Shown: one piece after another, positions 19,301-27,901 of the stretch | Layout: every line of letters starts with the position of its first letter | How positions within the stretch are numbered: the first letter of the stretch is position 1 | Sequence record: DRR378314_1650 | Reading direction: 5' to 3' (one strand) | DNA length: 33,482 bases | Translations under genes and position numbers: made by a program | Notes under the pieces: model-generated | Seen by the model: the letters and a program-made list of their open reading frames with translations, nothing else | Databases searched by the model: none | What the model was told of the DNA's origin: nothing

Positions 19301-19506
19301 GGCCGATCGCCATGACCACCATCACCACGGTGTGCGGGCTGGCGCCGCTTGTGCTGATCCCCGGCGAAGGCACCGAGCTGTACCGCGGCGTCGGCGCCAT
19401 CGTGCTGTTCGGCCTGCTGGGCACCGCCATCGTCACCGTCACCTTCCTGCCCGCGCTCACCGCCACGGTGTTGCGCCTCACCGAGCGCCGCGCCGCCTCA
19501 TCTTGA
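16366..19506 (+). CDS. RND efflux transporter permease (AcrB/AcrD/AcrF family)
   Basis: 1046 aa; WPGATPQDVE, AIGMTLDNSIVVLE, GTVVNNPILIV, SRLRPIAMTT motifs; GTG start with GAGG RBS. Confidence 0.95.
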   Translation: MFEKIVRNGTLMTVVVLIITILGVLAALRIPVQMIPDLEVRTITVQTSWPGATPQDVEKEILIEQEEYLRNIPNLRRLTATARSGDAEIELEFPFGVDITETLIRVNNALSQVPSYPDNVDQPRILSTSFSANAFMYYRVSPQEGNPKDLDMDMMRDFIDDNVRTRMESVDGVSQVELRGGAERQIRVLLDPQKLAERGFTVTQVREALLSRNQDVSGGEVDSGKRRYLLRTVGRFDQVPQLLDLILERREDSVTRLRDVATVELDHFPVRAESFVNGEPVISLAVRRETGSNVIDIKYAMFDQVDLINKEVLEPAGMRMSLISDDVRYVEASVANVWTNLAIGAAFATLVMFLFLRSVRVTAVGVVGIPICTIAAFLGLLLAGRTINVISLAGVAFAIGMTLDNSIVVLESIEIERRKGLDRFRASVEGIRKVWPAVFASTMTTVLVFLPVVFISQEAGQLYSDIAIAVSASILISMLVAMTVIPTLAARLDFGAVFDHDGQDSGWLRRVHGVSHWLSATAPRRLATIAATVTGGALVLVLLTPPAEYLPEGEEAKTFASMNAPPGYNLNAMVEIGKEVQAHFLPLVDADPAAWERGELPAPPIRYLNLSIEAQSLRIIAEPVDPDHMEALMDSLTEYYERYPGMRAFAARGSIISSNDGGTRSVNLDISGNDLATLYEVAQTAYRRAEEVFDNPRIQSQPASLSLAQPLLEVRPDWERAAELGMGAGDIGFTVAALTDGAFMDEFFLGDDKVDIYAYSNAGVDPDLAALPSLPVHTPQGATVPLSSVARLVETVDTSSVRRVNGRRTVTLNIIPPRSVALETGVAMVRNDVIGALREAGEIPAEVNVDISGASDQLQATQEALGGNYVVAVLLVYLLLVAIFTHWGYPLLIMTTIPVGIASGILGLALLNGLGELMPLLGLPGFSQPFDMISMLGFLILMGTVVNNPILIVHEALTNRRGGMAVAESVSEAVRSRLRPIAMTTITTVCGLAPLVLIPGEGTELYRGVGAIVLFGLLGTAIVTVTFLPALTATVLRLTERRAASS

Positions 19507-19544
19507 TGCAGGTCAATAGACCGCCCCTTCCGCGCTGCTACCTT
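19503..19544 (+). promoter_or_regulatory. FNR/Anr-dependent class II promoter of ccoN
   Basis: TTGAT-GCAG-GTCAA (19503-19516, 9/10 to consensus); extended -10 TGcTACCTT (hexamer 19539-19544) places the box centre at about -41.5. Confidence 0.85.
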
Positions 19545-19575
19545 TGCAGCCGCCTGAAACCGGAAGGGAAACATC

Positions 19576-21006
19576 ATGCGAGATGGCAACGGCACGCCGT
19601 ACCACTACCGAGTGGTACGGCAATTCACGGTGGCCACCGTGGTCTGGGGAGTGGTGGGGATGCTGGTCGGCGTGTGGATCGCCGCGCAGCTTGCCTGGCC
19701 CGCCCTTAATTTCAATCTGCCCTGGTTGAGCTTCGGCCGCCTGCGGCCGCTACACACCAATGCGGTGATCTTCGCCTTCGGCGGCTGCGCGCTGATCGGC
19801 ACCTCGCTGTACGTGGTGCAGCGCACCTGTGAAACCCGGCTCGCCTTTCCCCGCCTGGCCACCTTTGTGTTCTGGGGCTACCAGGCGGTGATCGTGCTGG
19901 CGGCGATCACTTTGCCGCTGGGCTTCACCAGCACCAAGGAATACGCCGAGCTGGAATGGCCCATCGACATCCTCCTGGCGGTGGTGTGGGTGGCCTACGC
20001 GGTGGTGTTCTTCGCCACCATCGCCCGGCGGCGCACCAGCCATATTTACGTGGCCAACTGGTTCTACGGCGCCTTCATCATCACCATCGCGCTGCTGCAT
20101 ATCGTCAACAGCGCCGCCATCCCGGTGTCGCTGACCAAGTCCTATTCCGCCTACGGCGGCGCCATCGACGCCATGGTGCAGTGGTGGTACGGCCATAACG
20201 CGGTGGGCTTTTTCCTGACCGCCGGCTTCCTCGGCATGATGTACTACTACGTGCCGGTGCAGGCGCAGCGCCCGATCTACTCCTACCGGCTGTCGATCGT
20301 GCATTTCTGGGCGCTGATCGCCGTGTACATGTGGGCCGGCCCCCACCACCTGCACTACTCCAGCCTGCCCGACTGGGCGCAATCCGTGGGCATGGTGTTC
20401 TCCATCGTGCTGTTGGCGCCCAGCTGGGGCGGCATGATCAACGGTGTCATGACCCTCTCCGGCGCCTGGCACAAGCTGCGCACCGACCCGATCATCCGCT
20501 TCCTGATCGTCGCCCTGTCGTTCTACGGCATGAGCACCTTCGAAGGCCCGATGATGTCGATCAAGACCGTCAACGCGCTCAGCCACAACACCGACTGGAC
20601 CATCGGCCATGTGCACTCCGGCGCGCTCGGCTGGGTGGCGATGATCACCTTCGGCGCCGTCTATGTGATGACGCCGCGGCTGTTCGACCGCCGCCGGATG
20701 TTCTCGGTGGGCTGGATCAACGTGCACTTCTGGCTTTCCACCATCGGCACGGTGCTCTACATCGCCGCCATGTGGGTATCCGGGATCATGCAGGGCCTGA
20801 TGTGGCGGGCGGTCAACGACGACGGCACCCTCACCTACAACTTCATTCAGGAGCTCTCCGAACGCCAGCCGTTCTACATCGTGCGGTTGCTGGGCGGCGT
20901 CATCTTCCTCGCCGGCACCCTGCTGATGGCGGTGAACGTCTGGCGCACGGTGCGCGGCGACCGTGACGACAACGGCGACCTTAATGTGCTCCGGGAGGCG
21001 GCGTAA
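19576..21006 (+). CDS. ccoN: cbb3-type cytochrome c oxidase subunit I
   Basis: [48 protein letters not shown] heme/CuB ligands. Confidence 0.98.
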   Translation: MRDGNGTPYHYRVVRQFTVATVVWGVVGMLVGVWIAAQLAWPALNFNLPWLSFGRLRPLHTNAVIFAFGGCALIGTSLYVVQRTCETRLAFPRLATFVFWGYQAVIVLAAITLPLGFTSTKEYAELEWPIDILLAVVWVAYAVVFFATIARRRTSHIYVANWFYGAFIITIALLHIVNSAAIPVSLTKSYSAYGGAIDAMVQWWYGHNAVGFFLTAGFLGMMYYYVPVQAQRPIYSYRLSIVHFWALIAVYMWAGPHHLHYSSLPDWAQSVGMVFSIVLLAPSWGGMINGVMTLSGAWHKLRTDPIIRFLIVALSFYGMSTFEGPMMSIKTVNALSHNTDWTIGHVHSGALGWVAMITFGAVYVMTPRLFDRRRMFSVGWINVHFWLSTIGTVLYIAAMWVSGIMQGLMWRAVNDDGTLTYNFIQELSERQPFYIVRLLGGVIFLAGTLLMAVNVWRTVRGDRDDNGDLNVLREAA

Positions 21007-21008
21007 CC

Positions 21009-21644
21009 ATGGCCAATCACCATGCGGTTATTGAAAAGAACATCGGCCTGATGATCGTTCTGATCCTGGTGGCGGTGAGCTTCGGCGGCCTGGCGGAAAT
21101 CGTGCCGCTGTTCTGGCAGAAAGCCACCACCGAGCCGATCTCCACCCTGCGCCCCTACTCCGCCCTGGAGATGGCCGGCCGGGACGTCTACATCCGCGAA
21201 GGCTGCCACGTCTGCCATACGCAGATGGTACGGCCGCTGCGCGCGGAAACCGAACGCTTCGGCGATTACACCGTGGCCGGCGAGGATGTCTGGGAGCATC
21301 CGTTCCTGTGGGGCTCGAAACGCACCGGGCCGGACCTGGACCGGGTCGGCCTGCGGCCGATCACCGAACAGTGGCACCGCGAGCATCTGCGTGATCCGCG
21401 CGCGCTGGTGCCGGAATCCAACATGCCGGCTTACCCCTGGCTGCAGCACGCCACGGTGGACTGGTCGACCATGGCGCGCACGCTGACCGTGTTCCAGCGC
21501 CATTTCGGGGTGCCGTACAGCGACCAGGACATCGAAGAGCAGATGGCCAGGGTCAATGGCGAGTGGGCGGACGCCACCGAGGAAGACGCCCTGGTGGCCT
21601 ACCTGCTGTCCCTGGGCCAGGCCCGGCGGGAGCAGCGCCAATGA
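21009..21644 (+). CDS. ccoO: cbb3-type cytochrome c oxidase subunit II
   Basis: GRDVYIREGCHVCHTQMVRP, WGSKRTGPDL, SNMPAYPWL. Confidence 0.97.
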   Translation: MANHHAVIEKNIGLMIVLILVAVSFGGLAEIVPLFWQKATTEPISTLRPYSALEMAGRDVYIREGCHVCHTQMVRPLRAETERFGDYTVAGEDVWEHPFLWGSKRTGPDLDRVGLRPITEQWHREHLRDPRALVPESNMPAYPWLQHATVDWSTMARTLTVFQRHFGVPYSDQDIEEQMARVNGEWADATEEDALVAYLLSLGQARREQRQ

Positions 21645-21805
21645 ACTACCACGCCGTGATCACCGTGATCTTCTTTATCGCCTTTATCGCCCTGGTGGCC
21701 TGGGTGTACCGGCCCGGCCGCAAGCGCGACTACCAGAAACTGGGGGAGATTCCGCTGCGCACCGACAGCCACGGTCGCCGGAACCCGAAAGGAGACCGCC
21801 CATGA
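21641..21805 (+). CDS. ccoQ: cbb3-type oxidase small subunit (54 aa)
   Basis: MNYHAVITVIFFIAFIALVAWVYRPGRKRDYQKLGEIPL; single TM between ccoO and ccoP with ATGA overlaps at both ends. Confidence 0.9.
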   Translation: MNYHAVITVIFFIAFIALVAWVYRPGRKRDYQKLGEIPLRTDSHGRRNPKGDRP

Positions 21806-22704
21806 GCGACTTCTGGAGCGTTTACATCATCGCCATCGTGGTGCTCAACCTGGTCGGTTGCGCCTTTCTGTTGTTCGCCAACCTGCGCATGACGCCGGAG
21901 GAAACCCGCAGCGACACCACCGGCCACAGCTTCGACGGCATCCAGGAACGCAACCAGCCGCTGCCGCGCTGGTGGCTCTACCTGTTCGTGCTGACCCTGC
22001 TGTTCTCGGTGGTCTATCTGGTGCTGTACCCGGGGCTGGGCCGGTTCGGCGGGCTGCTTAACTGGAGCAGCGTGGGCCAGTGGCAGGAAGAGGTGGACTG
22101 GGTGGAAAAACAGACCGCGCCGCTGTTCGAACAGTTCGCCAAGGTACCCATCGAGGAGCTGCACGCCTACCCGGAGACCCGCGACGTGGGCGGCCGCCTG
22201 TTCGCCAACAACTGCGCCCTGTGCCACGGCTCGGACGCCCGCGGCGCCAAGGGCTACCCGAACCTGACCGACGACGACTGGCTCTACGGCGGCAGCGCCG
22301 ACGCCATTCTCACCAGCATCCGCGACGGCCGCCACGGGCAGATGCCGCCCATGGCCGCCGCCGTCGGCGGCACCGACCAGGCGGTGCGGGACATGGCGCT
22401 GTACGTGCAGAGCCTGAGCCGCCCGTCGATGACCGACCAGCCCGAGGTGGCCGCATCGGTGGCCCGCGCCGAGCCGCGCTTCGCGGTGTGCGCCGCCTGC
22501 CACGGGCAGGACGCGCGCGGTAACCAGGCCCTCGGCGCGCCCAATCTGACCGACGGCATCTGGCTGCACGGCGCGCGCCTGGAGGACATCGAAACCACCA
22601 TCCGGGAAGGCCGCAGCGGGCGGATGCCGCCGCATGAGTCCGTGCTCAGCGAAGAGCGTCTGCATGTGCTGGCCGCCTACGTTTACGGGCTGTCGCAACC
22701 ATGA
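21802..22704 (+). CDS. ccoP: cbb3-type cytochrome c oxidase subunit III (diheme)
   Basis: MSDFWS start after AGGAG; TTGHSFDGIQE.NQPLPRWW; CALCH and CAACH. Confidence 0.97.
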   Translation: MSDFWSVYIIAIVVLNLVGCAFLLFANLRMTPEETRSDTTGHSFDGIQERNQPLPRWWLYLFVLTLLFSVVYLVLYPGLGRFGGLLNWSSVGQWQEEVDWVEKQTAPLFEQFAKVPIEELHAYPETRDVGGRLFANNCALCHGSDARGAKGYPNLTDDDWLYGGSADAILTSIRDGRHGQMPPMAAAVGGTDQAVRDMALYVQSLSRPSMTDQPEVAASVARAEPRFAVCAACHGQDARGNQALGAPNLTDGIWLHGARLEDIETTIREGRSGRMPPHESVLSEERLHVLAAYVYGLSQP

Positions 22705-24101
22705 ATTCCGGCCGTATTCCCAGCCAGGATCTCAGCCCGGACGGCGGTTCCGGGCTGTACGCCAAGCGCCGGCGCATCCAGATCAAGGATGTGAAGGGCC
22801 ATTACCAGCGCCTGCGCGACACCAGCGTGCGTCTGGTGGTGGCGCTCTATCTGGTGCTGCCATGGCTGACCTGGAACGGGCGCCAGGCGATCCTGTTCGA
22901 TCTGCCGGAACGCCGTTTCCATATCTTCGGCGTCACCTTCTGGCCGCAGGACTTTTTGTTCCTGGCCTGGGCGCTGATCATCGCGGCGCTGGGTCTGTTT
23001 TTCGTCACGGTGTTCGCCGGGCGGGTCTACTGCGGCTATGTCTGCCCGCAAACCGCCTGGACCCGACTGTTCATGGCCATCGAACAGCGCTGCGAAGGCG
23101 ACCGCCACCAGCGTCTGAAATGGGACCGCGCGCCCTGGGGCGCGGAGAAACTCCTGCGGCGCGGCCTGAAACACGTGCTGTGGCTGGCCCTGGCGCTGGC
23201 CACCGGCGTCACCTTCGTCGGCTATTTCACCCCGATTCGCGAGCTGCTGCCGGCCCTGGTCAGCGGCGAGGTGGGCGGCTGGACGCTGTTCTGGTCCGGC
23301 TTTTTCACCGTCGCCACCTATGGCAACGCCGGCTTTATGCGCGAGCAGGTTTGTCTGTACATGTGCCCCTACGCCCGCTTCCAGAGCGTCATGTTCGACC
23401 GCGACACCCTGGTGGTGTCCTACGACCGGGCCCGGGGTGAACCGCGCCGGCGCGGCGCGCGCAAATCATCCGGGCAGGAGCCGGCCGGCGACTGCGTGGA
23501 CTGCGGGCTGTGCGTGCAGGTCTGCCCCACCGGCATCGATATCCGCGACGGGCTGCAGTACGAGTGCATCACCTGCGCCGCCTGCGTGGACGCCTGCGAC
23601 CAGGTGATGGCGCGGATCGGCCGGCCCCGCGGGCTGATCGACTACACCACCGAAAACACCCTGAACGGCCGGCGCAGCCGGGTTCTGCGGCCGCGCCTGA
23701 TCGGCTACGGGCTGGTGATGGTGCTGATGATGGGCTGGTTCGCCGCCGGCCTGGTCCAGCGGGTGCCGCTGCAGGTGGACGTGCTGCGTGACCGCAACCA
23801 ACTCTACCGGCTCACCGCCGACGGGCGCATCGAGAACAGCTACCGGCTGGAGATTCTCAACAAGGATCAGCAGGCCCACGATTACCGGCTCAGCCTGGAC
23901 GCGCCGGAGGGCCTCACCCTGGTGCAGGGCAACCCCACCTTTACCCTGGCCGGCGGCGAGCACCGCAGCCTGCCGGTCACCGTCAGCGGCGACCCCTACG
24001 TCGGCGAGGTGCGCTCCGCCACCGTTCGTTTCCGGGTACGCAGCAGCGAGCCCCGTTCCACTATGGAGACCACCCATGAGGCACGTTTCATCGCGCCCTG
24101 A
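22701..24101 (+). CDS. ccoG: Cytochrome c oxidase accessory protein CcoG/FixG (4Fe-4S)
   Basis: GRVYCGYVCPQT, MCPYARFQS, CVDCGLCVQVCPTGIDIRDGLQYECITCAACVDAC. Confidence 0.96.
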   Translation: MNSGRIPSQDLSPDGGSGLYAKRRRIQIKDVKGHYQRLRDTSVRLVVALYLVLPWLTWNGRQAILFDLPERRFHIFGVTFWPQDFLFLAWALIIAALGLFFVTVFAGRVYCGYVCPQTAWTRLFMAIEQRCEGDRHQRLKWDRAPWGAEKLLRRGLKHVLWLALALATGVTFVGYFTPIRELLPALVSGEVGGWTLFWSGFFTVATYGNAGFMREQVCLYMCPYARFQSVMFDRDTLVVSYDRARGEPRRRGARKSSGQEPAGDCVDCGLCVQVCPTGIDIRDGLQYECITCAACVDACDQVMARIGRPRGLIDYTTENTLNGRRSRVLRPRLIGYGLVMVLMMGWFAAGLVQRVPLQVDVLRDRNQLYRLTADGRIENSYRLEILNKDQQAHDYRLSLDAPEGLTLVQGNPTFTLAGGEHRSLPVTVSGDPYVGEVRSATVRFRVRSSEPRSTMETTHEARFIAP

Positions 24102-24588
24102 TCCCGAGCGCCCCTGGTACCGCCACGGGCTGGTATGGCTGGTGATCGCGCTGCCGGCGGCGTCGGTGGTGGGCGGCCTGGCCACCCTGGCGATCGCCAT
24201 CACCCACGCCGACGCCACGGTGGCCGATCACTGGTACCAGGACGGCAAGGCGATCAACCGGTCGCTGGAAGAGGAGCGGCGGGCGGAATTTCTCGGCCTG
24301 CGGCTGGAAATCGACCGGGCCCGGGGTATCCGGTTGCGCAGCGAAACCGCCCTGCCCTGGCCGGACCAGCTGGACGTCACCCTGCGCCATCCAGTGTTCG
24401 CCGAGCGCGACCGGCAGCTGCGCCTGGGCCATCGCGGTGACGGCCGCTACGGCCCGGCGGACCCGATCCCCGCCGGCGGCGACTGGACGGTGACGGTGAG
24501 TCCGCCGGACGGCCGCTGGCGGCTGAGCCGGCGGGTGGACCTGGACGCCGGGACGGTCCACATCGGCACCCGGGCGGGGTCCGGATGA
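24076..24588 (+). CDS. ccoH: FixH/CcoH family protein
   Basis: PWYRHGLVWLVIALP..VV, WYQDGKAIN, LRHP...RD; ATG 24076 after GGAGA; lies between ccoG and ccoI. Confidence 0.88.
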   Translation: MRHVSSRPDPERPWYRHGLVWLVIALPAASVVGGLATLAIAITHADATVADHWYQDGKAINRSLEEERRAEFLGLRLEIDRARGIRLRSETALPWPDQLDVTLRHPVFAERDRQLRLGHRGDGRYGPADPIPAGGDWTVTVSPPDGRWRLSRRVDLDAGTVHIGTRAGSG

Positions 24589-26975
24589 GCAGCGCCTGCG
24601 CCCACTGCGGCGAACCGGCGGCGCCTGACCTTTACGTGGAACAGGACGCGCAACGGCTGCCGGTCTGTTGCCCCGGGTGCGCCGGCGCGATGACGCTGGT
24701 CCATGAGCTGGGCCTCGACAACTACTACCGCCTGCGCACCGGCCGGGCCCGGCCCCACGGCGGGGACGAGCCGGGCGAACGGGAGCGCAATCTGGCGCTG
24801 TTCCGAATGCCGGAGCTGCTGGCCGAGCATGAAAGCGTGACGCCGGAGGGACGGCGCCTGACGCTCTCCCTGTCCGGCCTGAACTGCGCCGCCTGCTGCT
24901 GGTTGATCGAAAAGGCGGCGGCGGACATCCCCGGGGTGGTGTCCGTGGGCACCGACCTGGCGGCCATGGAACTGACCCTGGTGTACCGGCGCGCGGACGC
25001 CCCCGCCGCCGTCGCCGAGCGCCTCGACCGGCTCGGCTACGGAGTGACTCTGCCGGGCGATCCCCGTGGCCGGGCGCTGCGCCGCCGCGAGCAACGCCGG
25101 CTGCTCGGCCGCCTGGCCCTGGCGGGCATCGGCGCCATGCAGGCGATGATGTACTCCGCCGCCCTCTACATCGGCGCGTTCGACGACGGCGACCAGGTCT
25201 ATCAGTGGCTGTTCCGGCTGGTGGGCCTGCTAATCGCCACGCCGGTGGTGTTCTACGCCGGCTGGCCGTTCTTTCAGAGCGCCTGGCGCGGCCTGCGCGC
25301 CGGCAGCCCGGGCATGGACCTGCCGGTGGCACTGGCGTTGTCGCTGGCCTGGGGCGGTTCGGTGGTGAACATGGCGCTGGGCGGCGAGCACGTGTATTTC
25401 GATTCCGCCGCCATGTTCGTGTTCTTCCTGTTGCTGAGCCGCTGGTTGGAGCAACGCCAGCGCCACCGGGTCGGCGCCGCCTGGCAGCAGCTCAAGGACG
25501 CCCTGCCCCTGCTGGTGCGTCGAAGCACGGACGGCGACGAGCAGTGGGTGACGAGCCGGCGGGTGGTGGCCGGCGACCTGCTGCGGCTCGGCCAGGGGGA
25601 AGTGCTGCCGGTGGACGCGGTGGTGGTGGAAGGCCAGGGGCAGGTGGAGCAGGCCGCGCTCACCGGTGAACCGCTGCCCTGCCGCCGTGGCCCCGGCGAC
25701 GCCGTCCAGGCGGGCGGGCGTCTGTTGGAGGGCACGCTGCTGGTGCGCGCCGCCGGGCCAGTGGGCGACAGCCTGGTGGCCCGGATCGCCGACCAGGTCG
25801 CCCGGGCCCGGTCCGAGCCGCCCCCGATGGTGCGGGACTGGCGCCGGGTGGCGCCGCTGTTCACGGTGGCGGTGCTGGCCCTGGCGGCGCTCACCTTCGG
25901 CCTGCATTGGGCCGCCGGCCCGGCGCGGGCGTTTGAACATGCGCTGGCGGTGCTGGTGGTCACCTGCCCCTGCGCCCTGGCCCTGGCGGTGCCGCTCAGC
26001 GTTTCCGGCGGGCTGGGCGCGGCGCTGCGCCACGGCGTTCTGGTGGCGTCCCCGGGGCAGCTGCTGGCCGTCACCGGCCTGCGCGGCGTGCTCTTCGACA
26101 AGACCGGCACGCTCACCAGCGGTCACTTCCGGGTGATCCGGCATCAACCTCTCGGCGACGGCGGCCACAGCGAGGCGGTGTTGCTGTCGATCGCCGCCGC
26201 CCTGGAACGCCACCACCCCCACCCGCTGGCGCGCGCCTTTGACGCCTACCCCGACGACCCGGCGCTGGCGGATGCGGAGGTCCTGCATCAGGGTGCCCGG
26301 GGGCGCCGCCTCGGCGTGCTCTGGCGCATCGGCCCGGACCCCTTCGACGACGCCGGCAACGCGGCCACGCGCGGCGCCACCCGCCTGCTTCTGTATGAAA
26401 ATGACCAACCGCGCCTGCGTCTGTGGCTCAGCGACGAACCGCGCCCGGAAGCGGCGGCGGTGACCCGCGCCCTGGGCGCGCAAGGATGGCGCCTGCGCCT
26501 GGCCAGCGGCGACGGCGAAGGTGCCGTGGCCACGCTGGCCGACACCCTGGGGCTGGACGACTGGCGCGCCCGCCAGACCCCGGAGCAGAAAAAAGCCTGG
26601 TTGGAGCGGCTGGCCACCGAGGAAGGCCCGCAGATGATGGTCGGCGACGGTATCAATGACGCCCCCGCCCTGCTGGCGGCCTCGGTGTCGGTGGCCACGG
26701 CGGACGCCAGCGCCCTGGCCCGTAAAGCCGCCGGCCTCTATCTGCTCAAGCCGGGCCTGGCGCCGTTGGCTGCGTTGCCGGCCCTGGCCCGCCGCGTGCG
26801 CCGCGGCATCCGTCAGAACCTGACCTGGGCGCTGGCCTATAACCTCATCGCCGTGCCGCTGGCGGTGGCCGGGCTGGTGCCGCCCTGGGCCGCCGCGCTG
26901 GGCATGTCGGCCAGCTCGCTGCTGGTCACCGTCAACGCATCGAGGATCGCCCGATGGCAATCATCATCCTCCTGA
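24585..26975 (+). CDS. ccoI: P1B-type (Cu) ATPase CcoI/FixI
   Basis: N-terminal CAHC/CCPGC, HMA CAAC, TGE, CPCAL, FDKTGT, HP, GDGINDAP, YN. Confidence 0.95.
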   Translation: MSSACAHCGEPAAPDLYVEQDAQRLPVCCPGCAGAMTLVHELGLDNYYRLRTGRARPHGGDEPGERERNLALFRMPELLAEHESVTPEGRRLTLSLSGLNCAACCWLIEKAAADIPGVVSVGTDLAAMELTLVYRRADAPAAVAERLDRLGYGVTLPGDPRGRALRRREQRRLLGRLALAGIGAMQAMMYSAALYIGAFDDGDQVYQWLFRLVGLLIATPVVFYAGWPFFQSAWRGLRAGSPGMDLPVALALSLAWGGSVVNMALGGEHVYFDSAAMFVFFLLLSRWLEQRQRHRVGAAWQQLKDALPLLVRRSTDGDEQWVTSRRVVAGDLLRLGQGEVLPVDAVVVEGQGQVEQAALTGEPLPCRRGPGDAVQAGGRLLEGTLLVRAAGPVGDSLVARIADQVARARSEPPPMVRDWRRVAPLFTVAVLALAALTFGLHWAAGPARAFEHALAVLVVTCPCALALAVPLSVSGGLGAALRHGVLVASPGQLLAVTGLRGVLFDKTGTLTSGHFRVIRHQPLGDGGHSEAVLLSIAAALERHHPHPLARAFDAYPDDPALADAEVLHQGARGRRLGVLWRIGPDPFDDAGNAATRGATRLLLYENDQPRLRLWLSDEPRPEAAAVTRALGAQGWRLRLASGDGEGAVATLADTLGLDDWRARQTPEQKKAWLERLATEEGPQMMVGDGINDAPALLAASVSVATADASALARKAAGLYLLKPGLAPLAALPALARRVRRGIRQNLTWALAYNLIAVPLAVAGLVPPWAAALGMSASSLLVTVNASRIARWQSSSS

Positions 26976-27103
26976 TCCCGCTCGCCTTGCTGTTCCTGGG
27001 CCTGGCGCTGTGGGCGCTGTTCTGGGCCATCAACCGGGGCCAGTTCGAGGATCTGGAGCACCAGGCCTGGCGCGTGGTGTTCGAGGACCGCGACCGTGAT
27101 TGA
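26954..27103 (+). CDS. ccoS: cbb3 oxidase assembly protein CcoS (49 aa; not in the ORF track)
   Basis: MAIIILLIPLALLFLGLALWALFWAINRGQFEDLE matches the CcoS LIP...FWA..GQFxDL pattern; GAGG RBS. Confidence 0.92.
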   Translation: MAIIILLIPLALLFLGLALWALFWAINRGQFEDLEHQAWRVVFEDRDRD

Positions 27104-27818
27104 ACTGATGCTGCCGCAACTGAGCGCCGCCGCGCTGCTGGCGGTGGCCGGCGCCGCACACTGCGTGGGTATGTGCGGCGGCATCGGCACCGCCCTCACC
27201 TTCACGGTGCCCGCCGCCCGGCGTGAGGGCCTGCGTCTGTGGGGCTGGCAGCTGCTGTTCGGCGTCGGGCGCATCGGCGGCTACGCGGCGTTGGGTGCGG
27301 TGGCCGGCGGGCTGGGTAACGGGCTGCTGCGCGTCCTGCCGTGGCAGGGCCCGGCCTGGCCGGCGCTGTTTTCCGGCGCCCTGATGCTGCTGCTGTCGAT
27401 CCACTTTCTCACCGGCGGCGGGCTGCTGCGTCGGCTGGAACGGCCCGGCGCCGTGGTCTGGCGCCGATTGCAGCCGCTGGTTCGGCGCCTGTTGCCGGTG
27501 GATCGCCCCGCCAAGGCGTTGATGCTGGGCGCGCTGTGGGGCTTTCTGCCCTGTGGTCTGGTCTATTCCGCGCTGCTGCTCGCGGCCAGCAGCGCCAGCG
27601 TGGTCGGCGGGCTGCTGGTGATGACGGTCTTCGGGGCGCTGACCCTGGCCCCGGTGGCCGCCGGCGGGGTGCTGGGCGGCCAGATGCGCCGGTTCCACGG
27701 GGCCGGTGGGCGCCGGGTGGCCGCCGCCCTGGGCCTGCTGCTGGGGGCGGTGTTCCTGGCCCAGGGGCTGGCGCCGGGGTCGCTGCACCGCTGGGCGGTG
27801 TTCTGCGGCCTGGCCTGA
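27096..27818 (+). CDS. DsbD_2 / TauE-SafE-like membrane protein of cco clusters
   Basis: HCVGMCGGI and WGFLPCGLVY motifs; about 6 TM; usual position after ccoS. Confidence 0.88.
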   Translation: MIELMLPQLSAAALLAVAGAAHCVGMCGGIGTALTFTVPAARREGLRLWGWQLLFGVGRIGGYAALGAVAGGLGNGLLRVLPWQGPAWPALFSGALMLLLSIHFLTGGGLLRRLERPGAVVWRRLQPLVRRLLPVDRPAKALMLGALWGFLPCGLVYSALLLAASSASVVGGLLVMTVFGALTLAPVAAGGVLGGQMRRFHGAGGRRVAAALGLLLGAVFLAQGLAPGSLHRWAVFCGLA

Positions 27819-27831
27819 ATCACACCGGGCG

Positions 27832-27845
27832 TTGATCCATATCAA
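27832..27845 (+). promoter_or_regulatory. FNR/Anr box upstream of hemN
   Basis: TTGAT-CCAT-ATCAA, a perfect consensus. Confidence 0.92.
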
Positions 27846-27901
27846 TATTGGCGGGCGGCAACACTGAGACCATACCCCGGTCTACGTTTGGAGCAGCCCC
27901 C

